A stretch of 64,000 nt of DNA from an uncultured Pseudomonadales bacterium. Its GTDB lineage: Bacteria > Patescibacteriota > Microgenomatia > UBA1400 > PJMF01. The translations under genes and the position numbers were made by a program. Of the stretch, positions 39,350-48,709 are shown piece after piece. The stretch covers positions 1,971 through 65,970 of the forward strand of contig CAZWKL010000004.1 in the NCBI GenBank assembly GCA_964633875.1. Direction: 5' to 3'. The number at the start of each line of letters is the position of its first letter. Positions within the stretch are counted from its first letter, which is position 1. The notes below the pieces were generated by a model. It made no database searches, was not told the origin of the DNA, and saw only the letters and a list, made by a program, of their open reading frames with translations.

Positions 39350-40072
39350 ATGATAGATCTAACCGCGCGCCAAGTGCAAATTTTAAGGGCCATTATTGAG
39401 GAGTTCATTGATACGGCCGAACCGGTCGGCTCCGACACCATCGACAAAAAGTTTTCCATCGGTGTTTCTCCGGCCACTATTCGCAACGAAATGGTTTACC
39501 TGTCCAAGCAGGGTTATTTAAACAAAACCCACAGCAGCGCCGGTCGAGTGCCAACCCCCCTGGCTTTCAAACTCTACGTCAATGAGCTGATGAAAGAGCA
39601 GGAACTAACGGTGGCCGACGAGGTTTCAGCCAAAGAAAAAATTTGGAACAGCCGCCAGGAAATTGACCGCCTGCTTTCTCAAATCACCAAAGTCCTGGCC
39701 GACCGCTCCAACGCCCTGGCGGTAGCGATGATTGATGAAGATCATCTCTATCACTCAGGCTATGCCAATTTGCTGCAGATGCCGGAATTTTATGATATTA
39801 AAGTGATGCGCAACGTACTGCAACTGATTGAAGAAACTAATTTACTTGAGGAAATTTTTGAATTTGGCGCCAGCGAAAATCTGGTTCAAGTAGTTTATGG
39901 CGCCGAACTGGGCAACAAAAACCTCGAGCCGGTGGGGGTCATTCACATGGCGCTTAATATTGGCGGCCAAGAGTGCCACATGGGAGTTTTCGGCTCCAGC
40001 CGCTTTGACTACTCGTACGTAATCCCGATGATGAAATACGTCCGGGGTCTGATTTTAGAAATAGTTGAGTAA
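39350..40072 (+). CDS. hrcA: Heat-inducible transcription repressor HrcA (short form)
   Basis: RQVQILRAIIEEFIDTAEPVGS, SPATIRNEM, HSSAGRVPT. Confidence 0.93.
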   Translation: MIDLTARQVQILRAIIEEFIDTAEPVGSDTIDKKFSIGVSPATIRNEMVYLSKQGYLNKTHSSAGRVPTPLAFKLYVNELMKEQELTVADEVSAKEKIWNSRQEIDRLLSQITKVLADRSNALAVAMIDEDHLYHSGYANLLQMPEFYDIKVMRNVLQLIEETNLLEEIFEFGASENLVQVVYGAELGNKNLEPVGVIHMALNIGGQECHMGVFGSSRFDYSYVIPMMKYVRGLILEIVE

Positions 40073-40081
40073 TTTTCTAGT

Positions 40082-40951
40082 ATGAATATGACAAAAAATA
40101 GCGAGAGCGATCATCCTGTGAGCAATGACAGTGTAGGCCGCTTCATGGTAGCCGTAGGAGCGATTGTCGAGCACGAAGAGACAGAAACGATCTTGCTGAT
40201 CAAAAGAGCGGGCGCTGATTATGCCAGTGGAGCTTGGGAAGTGGGGTATGGCAGGCTTGATCAAGGCGAAAATCCGGAAGCTGGCTTGAAGCGAGAGTTC
40301 AAAGAAGAAACCGGCCTAGATATTAAGCCAAAAAAACTTCTCAACACCTGGTTTTTTAATCGTGGTGACAAGGAAGCTGCAGAAAACGAAGTTATTGGCC
40401 TGACTTATTGGGCCACAGCCAGCAGTCAAAAAGTGAAACTTTCTTCTGAACATTCCGAGTATCAGTGGCTAAGTCCGGAAGCAGCGCTAGAGTTGGCAGA
40501 GCCAAAATTAATTGCTAACGAAATTAGAGCTTTTATTGAGGCTAAAGCAGCGGCAAAAGAAGCTCAAGCAGCGGATCAGGCCAGGCAAAGGGCTCTGGCT
40601 GATTATCACAACTTGGTTCGCCGCACTCAGGCGGAGCGCGGTGAGTACACCAAGTTGGCAGCCAGTCAACTGATTGAAGACCTGATCGAACCGCTGGAAC
40701 ACCTAAGTATGGCTGCTGAACAACTCGATGATGAGGGCCTGACTATGGTGGTATCGCGGTTGTGGACAGTGTTGCACAGTCACGGTTTGGAAGAAGTCGA
40801 GGCTTTGGGCCGGGAATTTGCTGTCGAAACCATGGAAGCGGTGGATAAAGAAAACGGTGGCGACGTGGTGATTAAGGTCTTGCGGCGCGGCTATATTTTG
40901 AACGGCAAAGTTATTCAGCACGCCAAGGTTGTTTTGGGCGCTGATAACTAA
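40082..40951 (+). CDS. grpE: Nudix hydrolase - GrpE fusion
   Basis: Nudix box GRLDQGENPEAGLKREFKEETG; GrpE part RALADYHNLVRR...MEAV...RRGYILNGKVIQHAKVVL; between hrcA and dnaK. Confidence 0.88.
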   Translation: MNMTKNSESDHPVSNDSVGRFMVAVGAIVEHEETETILLIKRAGADYASGAWEVGYGRLDQGENPEAGLKREFKEETGLDIKPKKLLNTWFFNRGDKEAAENEVIGLTYWATASSQKVKLSSEHSEYQWLSPEAALELAEPKLIANEIRAFIEAKAAAKEAQAADQARQRALADYHNLVRRTQAERGEYTKLAASQLIEDLIEPLEHLSMAAEQLDDEGLTMVVSRLWTVLHSHGLEEVEALGREFAVETMEAVDKENGGDVVIKVLRRGYILNGKVIQHAKVVLGADN

Positions 40952-40953
40952 TA

Positions 40954-40980
40954 CTAGCAGTCAAACAGTTTGTTTGCTAA
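40954..40980. promoter_or_regulatory. CIRCE-like operator upstream of dnaK
   Basis: CTAGCAGTC-N9-GTTTGCTAA. Confidence 0.7.
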
Positions 40981-41049
40981 AATTAGGGAGTCAGTTTTAA
41001 CATTGTACAGTTAAAGCAAGAAAAATAAATATACTGGAAAGGATGAATT

Positions 41050-43002
41050 ATGGCAGATAATAAAGCCACCGGCAAAATCATCGGTATTGACTTGGGTACT
41101 ACCAACTCTGCAATTGCAGTGATGGAAGGCGGTACACCAAAAATTATTCCTACTTCAGAGGGCAGGAATACTTTTCCTTCAATTGTGGCTTTTAAAGGCG
41201 ACGAAACTCTAGTCGGGGATACTGCTAAACGCCAGATGGTGCTCAATTCTAAAAAAACTGTCAACTCAGTCAAGCGGTTTATGGGCGGCAAGTTCAAAGA
41301 TAAACGGGTTAAGGAAGCATTCAAACATGTGGCCTATGCAGTTGAGGAGGGCAAAGATGGTATGGCCGTCATCAAAATTGATGGCAAAACTTACACTCCT
41401 CAAGAAATTTCTGCCAAAATTTTGGCTAAAGCCAAAGCTGACGCGGAAAATTATCTAGGTGGCAAAGTTACCCGCGCGGTTATTACCGTGCCGGCTTATT
41501 TTGACGACTCCCAGCGTCAGGCTACCAAACAAGCCGGAGAAATTGCCGGACTGCAAGTAGAGCGGATTGTCAATGAACCCACCGCGGCCGCTCTGGCCTA
41601 CGGACTGGATAAGGCCGGTAACAAAACCATTGCCGTTTATGACCTGGGTGGCGGCACTTTCGATATTTCTATTTTGGAAATTGGTGATGGTGTCTTTGAA
41701 GTCAAATCCACTAATGGTGACACTTTCCTTGGTGGCGATGATTTTGACTCCCGGATTATTGATTGGATTGTGACTGAGTTCAAAAAAGAGCATGGCAAAG
41801 ACCTCTCCAAAGATCCTCAGGCGCTGCAGCGGATTAAAGATGCCGCCGAAAAAGCCAAGATTGAGCTTTCCAGCCGTCAAGAAACTGACATCAACCAGCC
41901 GTTTATTACCCAAGGCGATGACGGGCAACCCCTCCACCTCACCATGGCTATCGATAGAGCCAAGTACGAAGAGCTGGTCGATGACCTAATTGAAAGTACT
42001 TTTGGTCCGGTCAAGCAGGCGCTCAAAGACGCCGGCATGAAAGCTGCCGATGTTGAGGACATTGTTATGGTTGGCGGCATGACCCGGACTCCTAAAATTC
42101 AGGAAAAAGTCAAGGAGTTTTTTGGTAAAGACACTCACAAGGGTGTCAACCCGGATGAGGTGGTAGCGATCGGCGCTGCCATCCAAGCCGGAGTGATTGG
42201 CGGCGATGTGCAGGATGTGGTCTTGCTGGATGTTACACCGCTTACTCTCGGTCTGGAAACTCTGGGTGGGGTGCGAACACCGCTGATTGAGCGCAACACC
42301 ACTATTCCCACCAGCAAATCGCAAGTTTTTTCCACTGCGGCTGATAATCAAACCCAGGTAGAGATCAATGTGCTCCAGGGTGAGCGGGAAATGGCAGCGG
42401 ACAACAAGTCGCTTGGGCGCTTTATTCTTGACGGAATTCCGCCGGCGCGTCGAGGTATGCCGCAGATTGAAGTTATTTTTGATATCGACTCCAACGGTAT
42501 TCTCAACGTTACGGCTAAGGATAAAACCACTGGCAAGGAGCAGAAGATCACCATCCAGAACTCCACCAACCTTTCGGACGAAGAAGTGGAAAAGATGAAA
42601 CAAGATGCTGAGGCTCACGCAGAGGAAGATCAGGCCAAACGCGAACTGGTTGAGGCCAGAAATAAGGCCAGGTCGGTGGCTTTCGAACTCGAAAAGCAAC
42701 TGGATGAGTATGGCGATAAAGTGGCTGAAGATACCAAAAAAACCATCGCTGATAATATTGAAAAACTCAAAGAGTTGGCGGAAAAAGAAGATGCCACCAA
42801 AGAAACTTTAGACGCCGCGGTAGATGAAACCTTCGAATCGGCGCAAAAGATGGCTGAAGCGATGCAGCAAGCCCAAGCTGAGGCTGGTGCAGCTGCCGGG
42901 GCGGATAGCGAAGCCGACGAAGCTAGCGCTGCCGACACCGATAAGAAAGAAAGTAAAAAACCCAACGGCGAAGTTGAAGAAGGTGACATCGTGAACGAGT
43001 AG
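41050..43002 (+). CDS. dnaK: Chaperone DnaK
   Basis: [35 protein letters not shown]. Confidence 0.99.
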   Translation: MADNKATGKIIGIDLGTTNSAIAVMEGGTPKIIPTSEGRNTFPSIVAFKGDETLVGDTAKRQMVLNSKKTVNSVKRFMGGKFKDKRVKEAFKHVAYAVEEGKDGMAVIKIDGKTYTPQEISAKILAKAKADAENYLGGKVTRAVITVPAYFDDSQRQATKQAGEIAGLQVERIVNEPTAAALAYGLDKAGNKTIAVYDLGGGTFDISILEIGDGVFEVKSTNGDTFLGGDDFDSRIIDWIVTEFKKEHGKDLSKDPQALQRIKDAAEKAKIELSSRQETDINQPFITQGDDGQPLHLTMAIDRAKYEELVDDLIESTFGPVKQALKDAGMKAADVEDIVMVGGMTRTPKIQEKVKEFFGKDTHKGVNPDEVVAIGAAIQAGVIGGDVQDVVLLDVTPLTLGLETLGGVRTPLIERNTTIPTSKSQVFSTAADNQTQVEINVLQGEREMAADNKSLGRFILDGIPPARRGMPQIEVIFDIDSNGILNVTAKDKTTGKEQKITIQNSTNLSDEEVEKMKQDAEAHAEEDQAKRELVEARNKARSVAFELEKQLDEYGDKVAEDTKKTIADNIEKLKELAEKEDATKETLDAAVDETFESAQKMAEAMQQAQAEAGAAAGADSEADEASAADTDKKESKKPNGEVEEGDIVNE

Positions 43003-43047
43003 GCAAATTGCTTTTGTCTTACAAGTTGCTACAATTAAGCGATTATT

Positions 43048-43908
43048 ATGCCTACCAAACGTGATTATTACGATATTTTGGCAATTCAAAAGTCTGCTAC
43101 CGATAAGGAGATTAAAGCCGCCTACCGGAAGCAGGCTTTGAAGTGGCATCCCGACAAAAATCCTGACAAAAAAAAGGAGGCTGAGGAGAAATTCAAAGAA
43201 ATTAACGAAGCTTACCAAGTTTTGTCTGATCCTCAGAAACGCCAGCATTATGATCAGTTTGGTCACTCGGCCTTTGATCCGAGGGGCGGCATGGGTGGCA
43301 ATCCGTTTAGCGGCGCGCAATCAGGCCCTTTTACCTGGACTTATACCACTGGTTCGGGGAGCAATCCCTTTGAAGGCATGGATTTTGGTGATCCATTTGA
43401 TATTTTCGAGTCTTTTTTTGGAGGTGGTTTTTCTCGGGCGCAACAGCGCAAACGCTACTCGCTGAGCATTGATTTTATGGAGGCAGTGAAAGGCGTGGTT
43501 AAAGAGGTAGAAATTGATGGTAAAAAACACAAAATCAAGATTCCGGCCGGTGCCAATGATGGCACCCGTATTCGTTTTGATGATTTTGATGTCACCATCA
43601 ATGTGCGCTCTCACTCCAAGTACAAGCGCGACGGCTATGATCTGTATGTCGATAAAAAAATCCCTTATTCAATGGCAGTTCTTGGTGGAGTGACAGAAAT
43701 TGCTACTCTAAATGATAAAAAGTTGAAGTTAAAAGTCCGGGCTGGAACACAATCACACGCGTTGGTGCGGCTTCGGGGTGAAGGTGTGCCTCAGGTGCGG
43801 AGCAGCGGCAAGGGTGATTTGTATGTTCGTTTGATTGTGGCAGTGCCGGAGAAACCAACCGAAGAACAAAAGCGAGCTCTAGAGATGCTGAAAAAGACTG
43901 AACTATAA
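43048..43908 (+). CDS. dnaJ: DnaJ-family co-chaperone lacking the zinc finger (class B)
   Basis: J domain with HPD, G/F region and C-terminal domain; no CxxCxGxG repeats. Confidence 0.9.
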   Translation: MPTKRDYYDILAIQKSATDKEIKAAYRKQALKWHPDKNPDKKKEAEEKFKEINEAYQVLSDPQKRQHYDQFGHSAFDPRGGMGGNPFSGAQSGPFTWTYTTGSGSNPFEGMDFGDPFDIFESFFGGGFSRAQQRKRYSLSIDFMEAVKGVVKEVEIDGKKHKIKIPAGANDGTRIRFDDFDVTINVRSHSKYKRDGYDLYVDKKIPYSMAVLGGVTEIATLNDKKLKLKVRAGTQSHALVRLRGEGVPQVRSSGKGDLYVRLIVAVPEKPTEEQKRALEMLKKTEL

Positions 43909-43932
43909 ATTGCTTAGATGTTAGCTTTGCCA

Positions 43933-44640
43933 TCAACTAAAAAGAGTTTCTTCGTTGAGAATAGAAATTTCCGCTGTTGACTCAGCTGTTTTAATTGATG
44001 AAGTGAGCGCAGTCAGGTTTTGGTAATCAGGAATCCAAGCCAGAAAATAATATACTGATTTTTTCCCTGATGTATCAACTCTTTTCAATTCCAGCCCTGA
44101 AGTAAAAGGAGTGATCAAGTTGGTAATGGCGGTCAGTTGGTTTTCGGAATTGTTAGTGACGATTTCAAGGTACATTTTTTCGTGGTTGTTGAGGCCGGGC
44201 AGCGTCAGTCTGCCCCCCACCAGCTCACGCAAAACCAAAAAAGCCATGGTTACCACATAAAAGCCAATTGTCACGTCCCGCTGCCCGGCCCCCATGCCCA
44301 AACCCAAAGCAATAGTCAGGAAAATATAAGCCAGCTCTTCCGGTTCTTTAATAGCGGAGCGGAACCGGACAATAGAAAGCGCACCCACCAACCCCAGTGA
44401 CAGCGCAATAGAGGAGCGAATAATACTAATAATCATCATGGTAGTGATAGCTAGCAAAGGAAAAAGCGCCGCCAGCCGCCTCCGGTTTGAGAGCGCGTGA
44501 CCAAACCGCCGGTAAACATAGGCCAAAATTTCTGTCATCAAAATCAACAAAAGAGTGTTGATTAAAAACTCACCCAGATCGGGCATGGAAAAAACCATGT
44601 CCACTTGTAGCAGGTCGGCAATTCTTTGCATATTAGGCAC
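43933..44640 (-). CDS. DUF4956 family membrane protein
   Basis: SSIALSLGLVGALSIVRFRSAIKEP...GLGMGAG; about 4 TMs plus a small C-terminal alpha/beta domain. Confidence 0.85.
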   Translation of the reverse strand: MPNMQRIADLLQVDMVFSMPDLGEFLINTLLLILMTEILAYVYRRFGHALSNRRRLAALFPLLAITTMMIISIIRSSIALSLGLVGALSIVRFRSAIKEPEELAYIFLTIALGLGMGAGQRDVTIGFYVVTMAFLVLRELVGGRLTLPGLNNHEKMYLEIVTNNSENQLTAITNLITPFTSGLELKRVDTSGKKSVYYFLAWIPDYQNLTALTSSIKTAESTAEISILNEETLFS

Positions 44641-44669
44641 TTCTTTCTAAAGCTTTCAAAGTAAGTATA

Positions 44670-46556
44670 CTAAAAAATTCCTAAGTTGAGGTACTCAAAC
44701 CATTGCTTTTTCCTAAATACAGCTTTGAATTCTTCTTGATTGTCTATTCTCAAGACCACGCGCTTGTCTTTTTTCCTCCGCTCAAGCACTTCTCCTTCCC
44801 AGTGATCAAAAACGTAATCCCTGGCAGGGTGAGCTTCGATGGCCATGTATGAATTAGTAAAAAACGTCCCTTGCCAGGGCAGCTCTTCACTCAGTTTATG
44901 AATCGCGCCTATACTAACCGCTCCACCCTCAGGCGGCTCACTCTTGAGGGTGATATAACTCAGACCTGGCAGATCATAAAAATCAGCCGTATCTTCAAAC
45001 ACGGCTTGGTGTCGGTGCTGAGCATAAACTTTCAGAAACTCAATTTGCTGCTCCCATTCTTCCTGAGTGGGAAAAACTTGTTCGGCCTGCTCATCTCTCC
45101 AACGCGCCACTTGGGCAGGCATTTCCGGTCGAATACTGGCCGCCAGCTGGTCAATAACTGTCATGACATACTCAGGTGAAAACTGATCGTTAAAAAGTTC
45201 AGCTGTTCGAGTCAGATATTCTTGCTTAACTTTGCTGTCGAAAAAAAGATTCATAAAGGGGAATTTGTTGTCGGAAAGACGATTATAGAGGTCATTTTGC
45301 GAACTCTTAATTACATCCTCAACAGTTTTCTTCTGATGAGCAAGGCCAACATCAAGATCGTAAAAAATCCAACGAAACCGGCCGTCAATGCTGCTTAATT
45401 CTTCTGGAGTTGCCCGCGCTGGCCGTTCGTAGCGCCAGAGCTTCACATTGCCAAATGGCCAATCAAAATTGCCTGAATAAAACTCAAAAATCATGTAATC
45501 AATGAAATTGGTAATATCAAAATTGACTGAGAATTCACTGTAATGAGCGCAGGAGGAGCAGTGTTGAGCAGCTTCAAAAAGGGTATTGTAATCATCCACT
45601 GCCTTGTTGTTGCCATAATCAAGCCGAGTTTTGCCGCGATCAACACCCACATCATGAGGAATTTCAATAATGCTTACCCGATTTTTGGAAATTCCGTACT
45701 TGTTAGCCAAATAATGCTGATCAATGCGTTCTCTGAGGAAATAAACACCCCAATATTCGCCGTTAAGATAGACTACCGCCGGTCTGACTGCCTGAGTATC
45801 AATGTCTGTCAGGTCAGACGCCAAAGTGTGCAGGAGAGCATCGCGGATGTAGCCGTGTTGCCAGTCGGTCGCTCCGGTCCTCAGCAGAAAGGTATTAAAC
45901 TTGGTGTAGTCAAGTTCAGGAAAAATGGGGTAATTAATTTGATCGGAATGGTTGAGGTAGCCGGCGTAAATGCGGAAGGATTTTTGGGGTAAACCAGTGC
46001 TGCCGCCGCCATGAATTCGCAGACCGATATCTTTTTGGAAACCGAGCCGGCCGTCAGGTTCGTAGAATGACAATTGAGCCGGCCGTTCCCACTCATCACC
46101 CTCTTCTTCAAAATTGACATAAATACCTCGCTCTTCATCCCAGAGATTTTCCGGATTGGTAGCGATATTGATCACTGCGATTTCGTGGTTGGTTTGGATA
46201 AAAACCGGAAAAGTATTAATTTTACCTACCTGTTGATTATTTCGAAAAGCCGCCGCCCGAATCGTGGTGGTTTTTTCTATCGAGATTGGCTCTTCATAGC
46301 GGCTGCTGGCCGTTGTCGGCTCAGAACCGTCAAGGGTGTAGTGGATTGCCACCGGCAGCAAACCGGAAGAATTGAGGGAAATTGCCGCCGGCTCGTTAAA
46401 AAAAGCCTCTTTTGGTGTCATGACAATATTAGTTTGCGGGCTGCCCATCAACAATAGTAAGCCTATAAAAAATAGGATGAGAATAGTCAGATAAACTACT
46501 TGAGAATGGCGCATGATTGAGAGCGGTTTTGTTGAGGTAGGTTTTTGGATAATCAT
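44670..46556 (-). CDS. CotH-family kinase with N-terminal TM, Fn3-associated/chitobiase domain and C-terminal B-repeat-like domain
   Basis: IHYTLDGSEPT, GLRIHGGGS, QKSFRIY, YLNGEYWGVY, NFDWP.GN, WIFYDLD; ATGA overlap with the VTC stop. Confidence 0.88.
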   Translation of the reverse strand: MIIQKPTSTKPLSIMRHSQVVYLTILILFFIGLLLLMGSPQTNIVMTPKEAFFNEPAAISLNSSGLLPVAIHYTLDGSEPTTASSRYEEPISIEKTTTIRAAAFRNNQQVGKINTFPVFIQTNHEIAVINIATNPENLWDEERGIYVNFEEEGDEWERPAQLSFYEPDGRLGFQKDIGLRIHGGGSTGLPQKSFRIYAGYLNHSDQINYPIFPELDYTKFNTFLLRTGATDWQHGYIRDALLHTLASDLTDIDTQAVRPAVVYLNGEYWGVYFLRERIDQHYLANKYGISKNRVSIIEIPHDVGVDRGKTRLDYGNNKAVDDYNTLFEAAQHCSSCAHYSEFSVNFDITNFIDYMIFEFYSGNFDWPFGNVKLWRYERPARATPEELSSIDGRFRWIFYDLDVGLAHQKKTVEDVIKSSQNDLYNRLSDNKFPFMNLFFDSKVKQEYLTRTAELFNDQFSPEYVMTVIDQLAASIRPEMPAQVARWRDEQAEQVFPTQEEWEQQIEFLKVYAQHRHQAVFEDTADFYDLPGLSYITLKSEPPEGGAVSIGAIHKLSEELPWQGTFFTNSYMAIEAHPARDYVFDHWEGEVLERRKKDKRVVLRIDNQEEFKAVFRKKQWFEYLNLGIF

Positions 46557-47236
46557 AGAATAATGAGATGCGGATAACACAAAGACATCCCTTGCACGTA
46601 TTTTGACGACTTACTTAATCTAAAAGGAAAAAAGTTACTGATTTGTGCCGCCAGTTTTTCCGCTTCAAGGGCATATTTTAACTCGACAATAGTGTGAGGC
46701 AAGGTTTGCCGGGGGGTTTGTTGCCGGCTGCTTTTGGGGTGATCAAAGCGCAGGTTGGAGTCGACCGTTAGCCGCACCAGCCCATCGGCGGTAACGTAAT
46801 ACTGCCGCAGGTAGGCGTTTTTTAGCACCGGCCGGTACAGGCCGGCTTGTTCAAAGAAAAATTGGCTGTCTGTTTGAGCGATTTTCACCGGCAGCTTTGG
46901 TTGTTTTCTCAAGTCTGGGTCCACAGTCCTAGTACTTTTAGAGACCACTTCACCTTCTTTAGTTTTAATTTCCAGCGCGGTTTGACTCATGGCCTCAAAA
47001 TCGCCATACCAGCGCAAGCGAACTTTCTTTCTCGGACTGACGCCAGCCACATTTTCCCTCAAGTGAGCAAAATCAGTGGTGTCAAAGTAAGTATTGTTGA
47101 CTTGCCTGTCGGGATAAGCTTGCCTAAAGTGTCCGGGATGAGTGCGAAGCAAAGACGGCATGGCCAGAGCTTGTTCATAGCTGAGCACAAACTTTTTCTC
47201 AAACCTGGCTTCACGCACGGCAGCATCAGTAGGCAT
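46553..47236 (-). CDS. VTC (polyphosphate polymerase-like, CYTH/TTM fold) domain protein
   Basis: RFEKKF, NTYFDT, RKKVRLRWYG, LEIK, RLTVD, IVELKY, SKY. Confidence 0.88.
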   Translation of the reverse strand: MPTDAAVREARFEKKFVLSYEQALAMPSLLRTHPGHFRQAYPDRQVNNTYFDTTDFAHLRENVAGVSPRKKVRLRWYGDFEAMSQTALEIKTKEGEVVSKSTRTVDPDLRKQPKLPVKIAQTDSQFFFEQAGLYRPVLKNAYLRQYYVTADGLVRLTVDSNLRFDHPKSSRQQTPRQTLPHTIVELKYALEAEKLAAQISNFFPFRLSKSSKYVQGMSLCYPHLIIL

Positions 47237-47308
47237 ATACTTGCTTATTTTAACATTGAACTAACAGTTTTGAGAGCAGCCTTGACCCAGCCTTGACCCA
47301 GACGCAGC

Positions 47309-47381
47309 TTGCATCTCTCCTCCAGATGAAGTACAATAAAGAGCGATGATGATGGAGGGCTCGGTAGTGGAGTCCTTTTTT
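47309..47381 (+). promoter_or_regulatory. nusA promoter and terminator-like leader hairpin (rimP/nusA leader-like)
   Basis: TTGCAT-17 bp-TACAAT, then GGAGGGCTC-GGTAGTG-GAGTCCTTTTTT. Confidence 0.55.
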
Positions 47382-47421
47382 GATCAACTTGATGAAATCA
47401 CTTGTATAAATAAAGGAAATT

Positions 47422-48702
47422 ATGCAAAAAACCAGCAATCAAATTATCCGCACTGAGTTTGCCGCTGCCATCTCGCAAATTGCCAATGAGCGCAAGATCA
47501 GCGAAGACTCGATCTATGAAGCTATTGAACAGGCTTTGGTTTCTGCTTATCGCAAGCAGATGGGTCAACTTGAAGAAGAAAAATATTATTTTGTCCAACT
47601 GGATCGGGCCACTGGCGAGTCGAAAATTTTTGAAGCTCCGGTGACTGAGCGCGATGAAGAAACCGAAGAAATTTTAGCCTGGGATGAAACCAAAGCCATC
47701 GATGTGACCCCGGCCGGTTTTGGCCGGATTGCCGCCCAGACTGCCAAGCAGGTGATCCTGCAAAAAATCCGTGAGTCTGAAAAAGACCAAATTATTGCCG
47801 ATTACCAAGACAAATTGGGTGAGATTGTGACGGCGCAGGTGCTGAGAATGCAAGGCAGAAGCGTTATTCTCGATATTGGCCGCGGCCAGGGCATTATGCC
47901 CCCCGAAGAGCAGATGCGCGGCGAGTTTTACCGGGTTAATTCCAGAATTACAGTTTTAATCAAAGAAATCCGCGACACCCACCGCGGCCGGCAGATTTAC
48001 GTTTCCCGCTCTGAGAAAGCTCTGGTTGAGAAGCTTTTTGAGCGAGAAGTGCCGGAACTGGCGTCCGGCGCGGTGGAAATTGTCGGTATTGCCCGTGAAG
48101 CCGGGGTGAGAACCAAAATTGCTGTCCGCTCCACTCAGGAAGGTGTTGATCCGGTCGGCTCCTGTGTTGGTCAGAGAGGCGTGCGGGTCCAGGAAGTGAT
48201 TCGTGAGCTTAACAATGAAAAACTCGACATTATTCCCTGGTCTGAAGATGACAGCTTGTTGCTTCAAGGCGCTTTGGCTCCGGCTGAGGGTTTGGCAATC
48301 AAAATCAACGCCAAAGATCGCACTGCTATAGTTATTTCCCCGGACGATCAGCTGTCTTTGGCTATTGGCCGCGGTGGGCAAAATGTTCGCCTAGCTGCCA
48401 AACTCACTGGCTACAAAATTACCATCAAGTCTGCTGCCGGTGAGGTTGAATCAGAAGTCACTGGTGAAGAAGACTACGAAATTGACACTTTTGCAGGTAT
48501 TGATGCAGCTGCTCGAGAGTTTTTGGTCGAGTACAAGCTCACCACGCTTTCGGATCTTTCCAGGTTCAAAAACAAATGGCAAGAAGCCGAGGAAATCAGC
48601 GACAGCCAGAAAGAAATGCTCAACGAAAAAGTGCTCACCTTTGAAAAAGAAATGGAAGAAAGAGCCGCTAAAGGTGAAGAAGTAGACTTATCAGCGAAAT
48701 AA
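47422..48702 (+). CDS. nusA: Transcription termination factor NusA
   Basis: FGRIAAQTAKQVI, S1 and KH domains, AIGRGGQNVRLA. Confidence 0.97.
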   Translation: MQKTSNQIIRTEFAAAISQIANERKISEDSIYEAIEQALVSAYRKQMGQLEEEKYYFVQLDRATGESKIFEAPVTERDEETEEILAWDETKAIDVTPAGFGRIAAQTAKQVILQKIRESEKDQIIADYQDKLGEIVTAQVLRMQGRSVILDIGRGQGIMPPEEQMRGEFYRVNSRITVLIKEIRDTHRGRQIYVSRSEKALVEKLFEREVPELASGAVEIVGIAREAGVRTKIAVRSTQEGVDPVGSCVGQRGVRVQEVIRELNNEKLDIIPWSEDDSLLLQGALAPAEGLAIKINAKDRTAIVISPDDQLSLAIGRGGQNVRLAAKLTGYKITIKSAAGEVESEVTGEEDYEIDTFAGIDAAAREFLVEYKLTTLSDLSRFKNKWQEAEEISDSQKEMLNEKVLTFEKEMEERAAKGEEVDLSAK

Positions 48703-48709
48703 AAACATT

